64,000 nt of DNA from Thermoplasmata archaeon (GTDB taxonomy: Archaea; Thermoplasmatota; Thermoplasmata; Lutacidiplasmatales; UBA184), in assembly GCA_035933635.1 (NCBI GenBank), contig DASYYY010000030.1, positions 2,911 through 66,910 of the forward strand, written 5' to 3'. A program made the position numbers and the translations under genes. The notes beneath the pieces are model-generated. The model did no database searches. It was not told the origin of the DNA and saw nothing but the letters and a program-made list of their open reading frames with translations. Positions 8,801 through 17,408 of this stretch are shown in pieces; positions within the stretch are counted from its first letter, which is position 1, and every line of letters starts with the position of its first letter.

Positions 8801-9761
8801 CATGGAGGTGGTCTACTCCGTGAAGTTCTCCGAGAGCGGCATCCTTTCCGGTCACAACTGGAAGGTCACCTTCAACGGCACCGCGATGAGCCTGGCCACG
8901 GACGGCGCGACCGACACGCTCACCTTCGCGAGCGAGCCCAACGGTACCTATGTGTACGCGATCACTCCGAACGCGGGCTTCCAGCAGAGCACGATTGCTT
9001 ACTCCGGGAGTAAGACGGTCAACGGCGCGGCGCTCGCACAAGTCGTCGTGTACTCCGAGTTCACCTACTCGGTGGTCTTCGGCGAGACGGGGCTGTCCGC
9101 CGGCACGAGCTGGTCGGTGACGATCGGCGCCACCACGCTGAGCTCGACCGGCACCACGATCACCTTCGCCGAGCCGAACGGGACCTACGGGTACACCTAC
9201 GCCAACGTGCCCGGCTGGCACATCACCTCGGGCGGGTACACGGGAACGGTCGTCGTCAACGGCGCTGGGGCTTCGGCGTCGCGGAACTTCGGGCAGGTGG
9301 AGTACAAGATCACCGTCGTGGCCAAGGGACTTCCGGTCGGAAAGGCCTGGAGCGTCACCGTCGGGGCGACCACGATCTCGACCACCGTCCACACGGTCAG
9401 CTTCCTGGAGCCGAACGGGACGGTCGCTTACTCGATCGGCGACGTCCCGGGCTGGCACATCAAGGTCGGCGCCTACTCCGGCCACGTTGTGGTCAACGGG
9501 GCTCCGATCCAGCTGACCGAGAAGTTCATGCCGGTGAAGTACTCCGTCACGTTCACCGAGAGTGGGCTGCCGCTCGGCACGAGCTGGTCGGTGACGATCG
9601 GCTCGACGACGATCACGACCACCACGTCGAAGATCATCTTCCACCTCGCGAACGGGACCTATTCGTTCACGACGCACGCGACCGGCTACACCGCCCACCC
9701 GAGCTCCGGCTCGGTGACGGTCAACGGCGCGAAGAAGTTCGACCACATCACCTTCAGCTGA
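5841..9761 (+). CDS. Exported right-handed beta-helix (PbH1/NosD-like) surface protein with C-terminal tandem beta-sandwich modules (1306 aa)
   Basis: N-terminal hydrophobic signal/anchor RRIAVVALLGILALSSVGFAGIF. Repeated GN[TS][IV] beta-helix rungs (IGNNTVSDYGKNGITCND, VGNTVST, VTGNTIEGG, VTGNTIDQT). Many NxS/T sequons. Seven tandem modules at the C-terminus. Confidence 0.8.
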   Translation: MSTYRRIAVVALLGILALSSVGFAGIFLVTSHTGVSGYTVAPSSRAPGVQFLSGPTCSVTVSSENPTHNAIENEIHNYSGTPGSVVCIGTGTFDEQLTINGSTDFTLWGNGNASTQLVPSTMVLNAHDNDSSPALPTYAVIAATNDSGLIVGNLGIDGSSAYSSVPGCDAFYGVFYSNSSGEIVQTSVNGINQLNGCQSQNAIFADNGFLSSGAAPAESIYIGNNTVSDYGKNGITCNDRGLNCAIVGNTVSTTAMPLGDSATNGIQLAWGADGSVVSNRVSGNVFLPYSCTEGNYFFTANSTCNGAAIYSASGILTYAAGDLVPISQNTLWDDQYPVAVVGNPAQVTGNTIEGGAYGVVIDFNATPGWLGTPVYAHAPYQSLVSANTIVGSNVGVLAYDSNVTVSFDEITSTNVSVESSTDLPVHYIVTVSHSVLDANVSGALLGDVSSFQPGDHSMPVGTFTVTGDTITNVSATPEGGVPVYGVLATGLDVSASLSSVVGFSHGVDVVAPGAGSADLVSLTVSSPATATAGEGIYAFAGSAIIQANEVTGYSWMNGAGWWPNSQATGIFAQCLSSCTVIQNSVSDSAIGVAVLSYLYGPFPAPSWPFAAPPSAGPISVTDNTIVDSGAFGLALELNQMSSSSVATPSVTVTGNTIDQTLSGAVGAMFDQGTYTVDDNVFLGTSASGSSGVSQPTGVGSIDTASIQVLNAYDNITKATLNANLFENTNLYVAVLNLTSTGGWANASFGEPVTVSETGLASYDSWSANVSGAPAIVLPAGGSAVLDLQNGSYNYLAATPDSHYAPTVPSGSVSVSGAPVGLTVDFQLVTYAVTFSETGLSSGTSWSVTLGATTKSTTTSSIVFDEANASYAYSVANVPGWHLSGGSYSGSVVVNGAPVTKSLTFVRVMYSVGFSESNLPSGLSWSVTFDSVTHSLTTDGGTDSVTFSVPNGTYSYSIADISGWHISSGSYTGSVVVNGAGSTTAVTYMEVVYSVKFSESGILSGHNWKVTFNGTAMSLATDGATDTLTFASEPNGTYVYAITPNAGFQQSTIAYSGSKTVNGAALAQVVVYSEFTYSVVFGETGLSAGTSWSVTIGATTLSSTGTTITFAEPNGTYGYTYANVPGWHITSGGYTGTVVVNGAGASASRNFGQVEYKITVVAKGLPVGKAWSVTVGATTISTTVHTVSFLEPNGTVAYSIGDVPGWHIKVGAYSGHVVVNGAPIQLTEKFMPVKYSVTFTESGLPLGTSWSVTIGSTTITTTTSKIIFHLANGTYSFTTHATGYTAHPSSGSVTVNGAKKFDHITFS
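8100..9758 (+). repeat. Seven tandem coding repeats of 228-252 nt (76-84 aa modules, consensus Y-S-V-x-F-x-E-[ST]-G-L-x-x-G-T-S-W-S-V-T...NGTYxY...GWH[IL]..G.Y.G.V.VNGA)
   Basis: Module starts read from the sequence at about 8100, 8328, 8565, 8814, 9066, 9303 and 9540. The first module is degenerate. Confidence 0.85.
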
Positions 9762-9771
9762 AGGGGGGAAC

Positions 9772-9796
9772 GGGCGCTCCCCGACGGGGAGCGCTC
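9772..9796. terminator. GC-rich hairpin between convergent genes (stem gggcgctcccc / ggggagcgctc, loop gac)
   Basis: Inverted repeat with 9 Watson-Crick pairs plus 2 more, read directly from the sequence. A second short palindrome, GTGCCGAACGGCAC, lies at 9813-9826. Function is not established. Confidence 0.25.
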
Positions 9797-9833
9797 CCGG
9801 CGTCGCGGAGGGGTGCCGAACGGCACGCGCGCG

Positions 9834-10235
9834 CTACGGCGCGGCCGGCGGTAGGGTCCCGGGGGTCGGGGTAGGAGGCGTTTCGGCGTCGTCCTCCACG
9901 ACGTCCGGTAGGACCTCCCCGGAGGCGATCTGGTCGGCCTCGATCACCGGGTCGTCGAACTCCTCGTCGGCTCCCGTCTCCGCCGCCGTGACGGTCGGTT
10001 CCCCGGTCCCCGCCGCACCGGAAGCGGTGGAGCTCGGTGCCATGGGGGCTGCCGTGTGGAGCGGGCGGCTACTGTAGTCCCACAGGAACAGCACGGCCAC
10101 GACCACCACGACCGCCAGGCCACCGAACATCACCCACAAGCTGTGGACGGTGAACGACAGGTACACACTCACGACCAGGATGGCCGACAGGATCACGAGG
10201 ACGGCGGGCAGCGTCAGCCGCTCGAACCCGCGCAC
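9834..10235 (-). CDS. Hypothetical small membrane protein (2 predicted TM helices, acidic Pro/Thr-rich tail)
   Basis: LTLPAVLVILSAILVVSVYLSF and WVMFGGLAVVVVVAVLFLW hydrophobic helices. Codon position 3 is G/C-rich. No recognisable family. Confidence 0.45.
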   Translation of the reverse strand: MRGFERLTLPAVLVILSAILVVSVYLSFTVHSLWVMFGGLAVVVVVAVLFLWDYSSRPLHTAAPMAPSSTASGAAGTGEPTVTAAETGADEEFDDPVIEADQIASGEVLPDVVEDDAETPPTPTPGTLPPAAP

Positions 10236-10293
10236 GTTGGCACGAAGCCACCTTGCAGATAGGCGTGGCGAGACGCCGCGCGCTGACGAGGGG

Positions 10294-10299
10294 TTATAT
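10294..10299 (+). promoter_or_regulatory. TATA-like box (TTATAT) about 25 nt upstream of the rtcB ATG
   Basis: GGGTTATATGCC lies in an otherwise GC-rich spacer. The geometry is leaderless. Confidence 0.45.
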
Positions 10300-10321
10300 G
10301 CCGCACCCGTGACGGCCCGGC

Positions 10322-11776
10322 ATGGACGGCCCGGTCCCGCGTCTCGTCGAGCTGGACGAGTACCGTTGGGAGATCCCTACGGGTGAGCGGGCGGGGATGC
10401 GCGTGCCCGGGGTCCTGTTCTCCAGCCGCAAGTTGCTCGAGGGGGTCGAGCACGACCCGTCGCTCGAGCAGCTCGCGAATGTCGCGACGCTACCGGGGAT
10501 CCAGCGTTCCGCGCTCGCGATGCCTGACATCCACTTCGGCTACGGCTTCCCCGTCGGCGGGGTCGCGGCCTTCGACCTGGCCGAGGGAGTCGTCTCCCCC
10601 GGCGGGATCGGCTACGACATCAACTGCGGGGTCCGCCTCCTCCGGACCGGCCTGACGGTGGCCGAGGTCCGACCGCGGCTGAAGTCGCTGATGGACGCGC
10701 TCTACCGGGAGGTGCCGAGCGGCGTGGGCTCCAAGGGTGGGACCGCGTTGTCGGGCGCTCAGATGGACGAGGTGCTCGCCGGGGGCGCCGCGTGGGCGGT
10801 CGCCCAAGGACACGGCCGGCCCGAGGACCTGACCGTCCAGGAGGAGGAGGGCCGGATGCGCCGGGCCGACCCGGCCAAGGTCGGCGACAGCGCGCGCAAG
10901 CGCGGGCTGCGCCAGCTCGGGACGCTCGGCAGCGGCAATCACTTCCTCGAGGTCCAGGCCGTCGACGAGGTCTTCTTCCCGGAGTTCGCCGGGGCGCTCG
11001 GGCTCGTGCCCGAGTCGGTCGTCGTGATGCTCCACACCGGCTCGCGCGGCCTCGGTCATCAGGTCGCCACGGACTACATCGAGCGGATGAACCGCCGGCT
11101 CGCGAGCGAAGGAACGACGCTCGTCGACCGCCAGCTCTCGTGCGCCCCGATCGCGAGCGACGACGGGCAGGCCTACCTCGATGCGATGGCCGCCGGCGCG
11201 AACTTCGCGTGGGCGAACCGCCAGCTGATCACCGAAGGAGTGCGGGCGGCGTTCCGCTCGAGCTTCGCCGGCGCCAACGGCTCGGCCGACGTCTCGGTCG
11301 TCTACGACATCGCGCACAACATGGCCAAGGAGGAGGTCCACACCGTCGACGGGCAGCCGCGCGCGGTCCTCGTCCACCGCAAGGGGGCCACGCGGGCGTT
11401 CCCGCCGGGCCGCGAGGAGGTCCCCGCGTCGTACCGGTCCTTCGGCCAGCCGGTCCTCATCCCGGGCGACATGGGGACCGCGAGCTACGTGCTCGCCGGG
11501 CTCGACAGCGCGCTCGAGCGGTCGTTCGGCTCGTCCTGCCACGGTGCGGGTCGCCGGCTGAGCCGGCACGCCGCCGCCCGGCAGTTCCGCTACGACGAGG
11601 TGACCCGGAACCTGTCGATGAAGGGGATCGTCGTCCGGTCGGCGAGCCACGAAGGCGTCACCGAGGAAGCCCCCGGCGCCTACAAGGACGTCGACGAGGT
11701 CGTGCGCGTCGCCGAAGGCGCCGGTCTCACCCGGCGCGTGGCGCGTCTCCGCCCTCTCGGCGTGGTCAAGGGCTGA
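10322..11776 (+). CDS. rtcB: RNA-splicing ligase RtcB (3-prime-phosphate/5-prime-hydroxyl RNA ligase)
   Basis: 484 aa with MPDIHFGYGFPVGGV, GYDINCGVRLL, GSGNHFLEVQ, HTGSRGLGHQ and SSCHGAGR motifs. The length is normal, so there is no intein. Confidence 0.95.
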   Translation: MDGPVPRLVELDEYRWEIPTGERAGMRVPGVLFSSRKLLEGVEHDPSLEQLANVATLPGIQRSALAMPDIHFGYGFPVGGVAAFDLAEGVVSPGGIGYDINCGVRLLRTGLTVAEVRPRLKSLMDALYREVPSGVGSKGGTALSGAQMDEVLAGGAAWAVAQGHGRPEDLTVQEEEGRMRRADPAKVGDSARKRGLRQLGTLGSGNHFLEVQAVDEVFFPEFAGALGLVPESVVVMLHTGSRGLGHQVATDYIERMNRRLASEGTTLVDRQLSCAPIASDDGQAYLDAMAAGANFAWANRQLITEGVRAAFRSSFAGANGSADVSVVYDIAHNMAKEEVHTVDGQPRAVLVHRKGATRAFPPGREEVPASYRSFGQPVLIPGDMGTASYVLAGLDSALERSFGSSCHGAGRRLSRHAAARQFRYDEVTRNLSMKGIVVRSASHEGVTEEAPGAYKDVDEVVRVAEGAGLTRRVARLRPLGVVKG

Positions 11777-14700
11777 CCGGCGTCGTCGGGGGCGCCGGCT
11801 CCGGCGGAGGCGTCTGCCGGCGGGATCGGCTTCGCTCGTAGATCACCGCCAGCGCGGCGACGATCACTCCAGCGCCCACCCCGAGGAAGATCAATGCGAG
11901 GGCGAACCGGGAGGGAGACGACGGGACCGGCGGGCCGACGTTCAGGTGAAGCACGACGACGCCGGTGAAGTTCGGCGCCTGAGCGACGGCGGCGAGCCAG
12001 AACCCGCCCTGCAGCGGCGGGGCTGCGAACGACACCGGCACCGAGACGTTGGCCGTGAGCGGCCCGATCGGTCGGATGAGTTCCGGAGCTCCCGAGCTGT
12101 TGTTCAGCCGTACCTCGAGCTCGACGGCGATCGGCTCGTTGGCGCATTCCGGAACGGTGTACGCGACGCAGAGCGGATAGCCGGAGACCTCCAGCGGGAA
12201 GCTCCCACCGGCGGGCACGGTCGACCGGGAGGAGTAGGCCGTGAGCTGTACCGGCGTCGGATGGTAGACGGTGACCGACATCCGGGCGGTCACCACGTCG
12301 CCGAAGGTGTCGGTGGCGTTGACGGTCACGTTGAACCGACCGTGGTCGGGGAACGCGTGCAGTACCGACCGGCCGGTGCCGTTGGTGCCGTCGCCGAACG
12401 ACCAGTTGAAGGAGAAGGGCGGGACCCCCCCGGTCGCGTTGGCGGACAGGTTCAGCGAGCACGGGGTGAAGCAGCGCGTCAGGTTCGGTAGGATGCGGAC
12501 CGATGGGGGAGGGATCACGGCCCCCGTCACGGCCACCGCCTGGTCGAGCTGCCAGTGGTCGCCGCCGGCGTCGCCGACCGTGGCCACCGCCGTGAAATTG
12601 CCCGGCCGTAGGAAGGCGTGCCGGACCGAGGCGCCGGTGATCGCCGTCCCGTCCCCGAGCGACCAGTTCGTCGTGATCCCCGGAAGGCCCGAGGCCGTGA
12701 CCGTGCTCGTCCAGGGGAGCGGGGTCGACCCGCCGCGGCCGCCCCAGGTGACCGATGGCGTGATCGCACTCCAGAGCCCCCCGAAGAACGCCCCCAGAGC
12801 AGGTTGGACGATCAGTCGGGCGCCGGTAGAGTCACGGACCGTGAGCGAGACGTTCAGCATGCACCGGGTCCCGAGACTCGCGCACGACGGCGGGGCCGGA
12901 GACTCGGTGACCGACGGGCCGAAGGCGGAGGTGCCGTCGGAGAGGTTCCAGAGGTAGGTGTAGCTCCCCGACCCACCCGTCGCGGTCGCATTGAACGTCA
13001 TGGGCGCCCCGAGTCCGGCGAACGTTCCGGGGGAGATCGTGGCGGTGACGCCGAGCGGATTGCCGGAGCCGGTGGTGACATCGACCACCATGAGTTCGCT
13101 CGCGTTCCCGCCGGCCGTATCCTGCAGGTCGGCGAGGACGGAGTGTTCGCCCGGGGTCGAGAAGTTCAGGACCGGGTTCTGCCCGAGGACGGGAGTTCCG
13201 CCGTCGACCGACCAGGACGTGCGATTCGGGTCCACGCCGTGGCCGCCCGTGTGCGAGGTCTGGGAGAATCGAACGGACAGCGGCGCCGCGCCGGAGGTCG
13301 GTGCCGACAGGAACGTCGCCGACAGCCTCGGATAGAGCGTGACGGAGAGCGTGCGCGTGGTGACGTTGCCCAGGCTGTCGTTGGCGTACAGGGTCAGGGT
13401 GACGGTGCCGACCGTACGGAACACCCCGCACTGGCAAAGCGTCGAGTAGGGGTCGGCGCTGTCGATCCACGTGGTCAGCGGTCCCACGCCGCCCGACGCG
13501 TTCCAGCGCAGCGGCAGGTCGCCCGGCAGGTCGGCGGAGACCCTCGCCGACGTCAGATTGGCGAACACCGGCGGACCGGGAGCGCAGACCGGTCGGAACG
13601 GTGTCCCGATCGCCACGGAGACCGGCAGCGAGCCACCGGCATCGATCGGTCGCGCCGAATCGCTCGCCATGGCCAGAGCACAGTACCCTCCGGCGTTCCG
13701 GTAGGTGTGGGTGACCGACGAAACGCTGCCGGGGATCGAGTACGTCCCATCGCCGAACCAGATCTGGTAAGTGTACGGCGCGGTGCCGCCCGCGACCGAG
13801 ACCTGGAAGAGCACGGGGGTGCCGACCGGCCCACCGCTGGTGCTCGCCGTGAGCGTCACGGCCAGCGGCGTGCCGCCCCCGACCAGCACGATCACCGGCG
13901 CCGACAGCGTGGAGTTCCCCGCGGCGTCGAAGACCGTAACGGTGGCGTTGAAGACGCCGGCCCGGCGATATTCGTGCGTGGTGGTCGGACCGAGCGTCGG
14001 CGAGGCGTTGCCGTCGCCGAAGGTGAAGTCGTACCATGAGTACGGTGACGCACCACCGGACACCCTCGCGGTGAACGTGACGTTGAGCGGGACGGCGCCG
14101 GTGGTCCGATCCGCGGTGATGCGGGCGAATAGGTCGGAGACGCCGAACGGCGTCCGGGACAGTGCCGGAATCAGCCGCGCCACGTCCGGCGTTCCTATGC
14201 CGGTCACGGGATCCCAGCCGATCCCGGCCGCATAACCGTTCGAGCCGGAGATGATGTCGTGGAAGGCGGTCGAGTACGACCCGTTGCGGAGGATCGCGTA
14301 GAGGGCGGGATTGAGGAAACCCTCGCGACCCCGGATCGCCTGGTCCATCACGGCCGTCATCCCCGCCCAGGAAGGCGTGCCGACGCTGGTGCCGATCACC
14401 AGGTAGGTACCGTGGTCGAAGACGATCGGTACGCCCGTCTCCGCGTCGAGCGCGACATCGGGGGCCCCACGCAGGTCCGGCTTCGAGGGGAGGCCGGTCC
14501 CGGCCTGCCAGGAGGGGCGCGGGAACGGGCTCCAACCTCCGCCGGAACCGCCCTGGTTGACGCACCCCGAGCCGGTCGCACCGGAGGCGTTTCCGCTCCA
14601 AGCGACCTCGTTGACGTAGCCCCCGTTCGCGTTGACGTTCAGCGACGTGCCGCCGACCCCGGTCGCCCACGGGTCGGAGGAGGGATAGTTCGTCGACACT

Positions 14701-15983
14701 CCGTTGGTCCCGCCGGCGGCGCCGCAGTCCCCGCTCGCCACGAACACCGAGATCCCCTCGGCGGCGGCCGCCGCGAGCACCGGGTGCAGTAGACCGTAGG
14801 AGCCGTCGCTGGAGGCGTTGCAGGCGCTCGAGCACGGCGTGGTGACCGAGTTGAACACGCCGACGTCCGGCTCGCCCCAGCTCAGCGAGAGCACCTGGAC
14901 GGAGTCCTGGGCGACGAACCAGTCGACCGCGCCGTAGATCGCGGCGTTGGTCGGGGCGGTCAGTGCGATCGTGATGGCATCGCCCGGGGCAGTGGCCCGC
15001 GCCCACTCGAGGTCGAGCGCCTCCTCGTCGGCCCAGAGGTCACTGGCCGAGGTGTTCAGCGAGTTTCCGGCGGGGACCGGATAGGCGATCTGCACGTTGC
15101 CGCCGGGTAGGGCGAACGCCTTGGCGAACGAGGCGAAGTCACTCGACAGGAGCGGTTGCGGCTCGCTGCTGTCGTAGCCATCGACGATGCCGACGTGAAC
15201 ACCGGTCCCGTTCGTACCTCCGGCCAGAAGCCCGGAGTAGTCGTAGGCGTTCCAGAACGCGCAGGGCGGGAGCGGGCCACTGACCGTGCAGTTGGCGGCG
15301 GAACCCCGGATCGCGCCAGAGGGGAACGCTTGGGCCATCGGGTGGATGTTCGTGAGGTTCCCGAGGCCCACGGCACCATACCAAGGCAGACCGCTGGGGA
15401 GCGAGGCCGGGAGCGTGTGGGTGAAGACCGTACGCCCCCCGACCCTGTACCGGTCGAACTCCGTGTGGAACGCGGCGCCCAGCCCGCCGGAACTTCCCGT
15501 CACCCGCAGCAGGAAGCGATCCGGGCTCGGAACGACGGTCAGGCCGAAGGCCGCGAAGTAGGTCGCCGCGCTTGCGATCGAGGTCGGCGAGGCGCCGAAT
15601 TCGTCGGCGACCTGAGCGGGCGTCAGGAAGTGGTGATAGCTCGGAGCGCCGGGAGTGCTGACCGCCTGGGCGATGTTCTCGAGGGAGACGAGCGAGGCGG
15701 GACCCAGGGCCACATCGACCGCGAGGGGAGTCGAATTGGCAAGCCGGCCGAGATAACTCGCTCCGATTGGGGCGTCGAACCCGGGTGCGACCTGGACGAG
15801 CGCACTCGTCGGACCCTTCGAGCCCGGGCCGGAGAGTACGTTCGTCGACGAGGTCGGCGACCCATAGGAGGCGCCGGTGTTCAGGAGGACGACGAGGACC
15901 GCGTAGACGGTCGCGGCGCCCAGGAGCCGGCGGAACCCGAGACGGGATGACGGGACGGTGGCGGGGTCGGTCGGGCGTCGCAC
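11766..15983 (-). CDS. Sedolisin (peptidase S53)-like exoprotease 1: pro-domain, S53 domain, PKD-like array, C-terminal TM anchor (about 1405 aa)
   Basis: Signal/anchor FRRLLGAATVYAVLVVLL. Pro-kumamolisin-like pro-domain (HHFLTPAQVADEFG). Catalytic motifs EEALDLEW, ASGDCGA and IGTSVGTPSWAGM. C-terminal anchor ALALIFLGVGAGVIVAALAVIY followed by RSRSRR. The proposed GTG start at 15983 lies 25 nt downstream of a TATA box. The track ORF extension to 17672 is antisense to the S2P gene. Confidence 0.85.
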   Translation of the reverse strand: MRRPTDPATVPSSRLGFRRLLGAATVYAVLVVLLNTGASYGSPTSSTNVLSGPGSKGPTSALVQVAPGFDAPIGASYLGRLANSTPLAVDVALGPASLVSLENIAQAVSTPGAPSYHHFLTPAQVADEFGASPTSIASAATYFAAFGLTVVPSPDRFLLRVTGSSGGLGAAFHTEFDRYRVGGRTVFTHTLPASLPSGLPWYGAVGLGNLTNIHPMAQAFPSGAIRGSAANCTVSGPLPPCAFWNAYDYSGLLAGGTNGTGVHVGIVDGYDSSEPQPLLSSDFASFAKAFALPGGNVQIAYPVPAGNSLNTSASDLWADEEALDLEWARATAPGDAITIALTAPTNAAIYGAVDWFVAQDSVQVLSLSWGEPDVGVFNSVTTPCSSACNASSDGSYGLLHPVLAAAAAEGISVFVASGDCGAAGGTNGVSTNYPSSDPWATGVGGTSLNVNANGGYVNEVAWSGNASGATGSGCVNQGGSGGGWSPFPRPSWQAGTGLPSKPDLRGAPDVALDAETGVPIVFDHGTYLVIGTSVGTPSWAGMTAVMDQAIRGREGFLNPALYAILRNGSYSTAFHDIISGSNGYAAGIGWDPVTGIGTPDVARLIPALSRTPFGVSDLFARITADRTTGAVPLNVTFTARVSGGASPYSWYDFTFGDGNASPTLGPTTTHEYRRAGVFNATVTVFDAAGNSTLSAPVIVLVGGGTPLAVTLTASTSGGPVGTPVLFQVSVAGGTAPYTYQIWFGDGTYSIPGSVSSVTHTYRNAGGYCALAMASDSARPIDAGGSLPVSVAIGTPFRPVCAPGPPVFANLTSARVSADLPGDLPLRWNASGGVGPLTTWIDSADPYSTLCQCGVFRTVGTVTLTLYANDSLGNVTTRTLSVTLYPRLSATFLSAPTSGAAPLSVRFSQTSHTGGHGVDPNRTSWSVDGGTPVLGQNPVLNFSTPGEHSVLADLQDTAGGNASELMVVDVTTGSGNPLGVTATISPGTFAGLGAPMTFNATATGGSGSYTYLWNLSDGTSAFGPSVTESPAPPSCASLGTRCMLNVSLTVRDSTGARLIVQPALGAFFGGLWSAITPSVTWGGRGGSTPLPWTSTVTASGLPGITTNWSLGDGTAITGASVRHAFLRPGNFTAVATVGDAGGDHWQLDQAVAVTGAVIPPPSVRILPNLTRCFTPCSLNLSANATGGVPPFSFNWSFGDGTNGTGRSVLHAFPDHGRFNVTVNATDTFGDVVTARMSVTVYHPTPVQLTAYSSRSTVPAGGSFPLEVSGYPLCVAYTVPECANEPIAVELEVRLNNSSGAPELIRPIGPLTANVSVPVSFAAPPLQGGFWLAAVAQAPNFTGVVVLHLNVGPPVPSSPSRFALALIFLGVGAGVIVAALAVIYERSRSRRQTPPPEPAPPTTPVSP
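12265..14130 (-). repeat. Array of about 6-7 PKD-like domains within sedolisin 1
   Basis: Recurrent pattern [VL]xFxAxxxGGxxPYxYxWxFGDG....HxYxxxGxYxxxxxxxDxxG. Examples are NVTFTARVSGGASPYSWYDFTFGDGN and NLSANATGGVPPFSFNWSFGDGTNG. Confidence 0.75.
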
Positions 15984-16004
15984 ACCGGAAGATTGACCGG
16001 CCCT

Positions 16005-16012
16005 CCATATAG
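16005..16012 (-). promoter_or_regulatory. TATA box (CTATATGG on the minus strand) about 25 nt upstream of GTG 15983
   Basis: The plus strand reads ccatatag. It lies in the divergent spacer between sedolisin 1 and the S2P gene. Confidence 0.45.
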
Positions 16013-16061
16013 CGCCGGCAGAGTCCAAGGGAACCCTTTTGGCGGCACCCGGTTCGACGCG

Positions 16062-17408
16062 ATGATGGCTCCGCTCACGACGCTCGATGGCGTCGTCATC
16101 TTCCTGCTCCTGGTGCTGGCGTACGGCGGGATCGTCGCCTACCTCTACCGAACCCGCCGGATCGGCCCGGACAAAGCGCTCTCGCTGTTCGGTCCGGCGC
16201 TGATGATCAAGACCCGCCGGGGGCGCGGCTGGCTCGACCGCGTCGGCCGATTCCGCCGGTTCTGGTCGGTGGTCGCGGACGTCGGCATCCTCCTCGCGGC
16301 CCTCTCGATGCTCGTGACCGTCGTGATCCTCCTGCTCGAGGGGATCCTCGCCACCCAGGTCCCCGCCTCGGCGGCCGTCCCGCCGCAGGAGGCGCTGGGT
16401 CTGCCGGTCATCAACCCGATCATCCCCCTCGGCTACGGGGTCGTCGCCCTCGTCGTGGGCGTCGTCCTGCACGAGCTCGCCCACGGCGTCGTCGCCCGCT
16501 CCCAGCAGATCGGCGTCAAGAGTCTCGGGGTGCTCTGGTTCGTCGTCCCGGTCGGGGCGTTCGTCGAGCAGGACGACGAGCAGATGACCCAGGCCTCGCG
16601 CCGCCGGCGCACCCGGGTCGCCGCCGCCGGCGTGCTCGCGAACTTCGTCCTCGCGGTGGTCTTCTTCAGTCTGCTCGCCGCCGTCGTGTCGAGCTCGGTC
16701 CAACCGAACGCCACGGGAGTCGGCGTGCTGACGGTGGTACCGAACAGCCCTGCGTCGAACAATTCGCTCGTGGCCGGCGACATCATCACCAACGTCAACG
16801 GCGCCGCCACGCCCAACGCCGGCGCGCTCGACTCCGCGCTCGCCAATAGTACGCCCGGCGAACAGGTCGCGGTGACCTTCTACAGCGCCTCGTCCCAGAG
16901 GCTCGTCGTGATCCACCCCACGCTCGCCAAGAGCCAGTACAACGCCACGCGCGGGTTCCTCGGGGTGGAGATTTCGGAGCTCACGCCCGCCGACACGCTG
17001 CAGGAGCTGACCTGGCCCGCGGGCAGCCAGTACGGCGCGCTCTTCGGGCTCGTCACCTGGATCGCCCTGCCGATCATCGGGCTCGAGCCGGTCGGGGGCG
17101 TGGTCCCCTCCTTCTTCCATCTCGTCGGCCCGCTGGCCCTGCTCGGGAGCGGCGGGTTCTGGATCGTGGCCAACCTGCTCTACTGGCTGGCCTGGATGAA
17201 CCTCCTGCTCGGGCTCTCCAACACGCTGCCGCTCGTCCCCCTCGACGGGGGCCTCCTCGTCCGGGACTTCGCCGGCTCGATCCTGGCACGTCTGCGTCGC
17301 GGCTGGAGCGCCGCGCGGCTCGATGCGGTGACGGGAAGGCTGGCCGTCGCCTCCTCGCTCCTCGTCGTCTTCCTGCTGGTATGGATCCTGTTCGCGCCGC
17401 GCCTGTAG
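16062..17408 (+). CDS. Site-2 protease family (M50) intramembrane metalloprotease with PDZ domain
   Basis: HELAHGVVAR (HExxH) in a TM helix. PDZ-like segment GVLTVVPNSPASNNSLVAGDIITNVNG. NTLPLVPLDGG (NxxPxxxLDG) motif. Start taken at ATGATG 16062, just before the first TM helix. Confidence 0.85.
   Translation: MMAPLTTLDGVVIFLLLVLAYGGIVAYLYRTRRIGPDKALSLFGPALMIKTRRGRGWLDRVGRFRRFWSVVADVGILLAALSMLVTVVILLLEGILATQVPASAAVPPQEALGLPVINPIIPLGYGVVALVVGVVLHELAHGVVARSQQIGVKSLGVLWFVVPVGAFVEQDDEQMTQASRRRRTRVAAAGVLANFVLAVVFFSLLAAVVSSSVQPNATGVGVLTVVPNSPASNNSLVAGDIITNVNGAATPNAGALDSALANSTPGEQVAVTFYSASSQRLVVIHPTLAKSQYNATRGFLGVEISELTPADTLQELTWPAGSQYGALFGLVTWIALPIIGLEPVGGVVPSFFHLVGPLALLGSGGFWIVANLLYWLAWMNLLLGLSNTLPLVPLDGGLLVRDFAGSILARLRRGWSAARLDAVTGRLAVASSLLVVFLLVWILFAPRL

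Noticed and set aside
10322-11776. Possible inteins in RtcB, and also in DNA ligase and PriL
   Set aside because: All three have normal family lengths and uninterrupted conserved blocks. There are no C/S...HN-type intein boundaries.
16062-17408. The idea that the adjacent M50 site-2 protease releases the cytoplasmic zinc-finger tails by regulated intramembrane proteolysis
   Set aside because: The idea is attractive but weak. Characterised S2P substrates are generally type II (N-in) membrane proteins, whereas the zinc-finger proteins here are type I (C-terminus in). The S2P gene also neighbours the one sedolisin that lacks a Zn tail. M50 proteases are near-universal housekeeping genes. I keep it only as a remote possibility.
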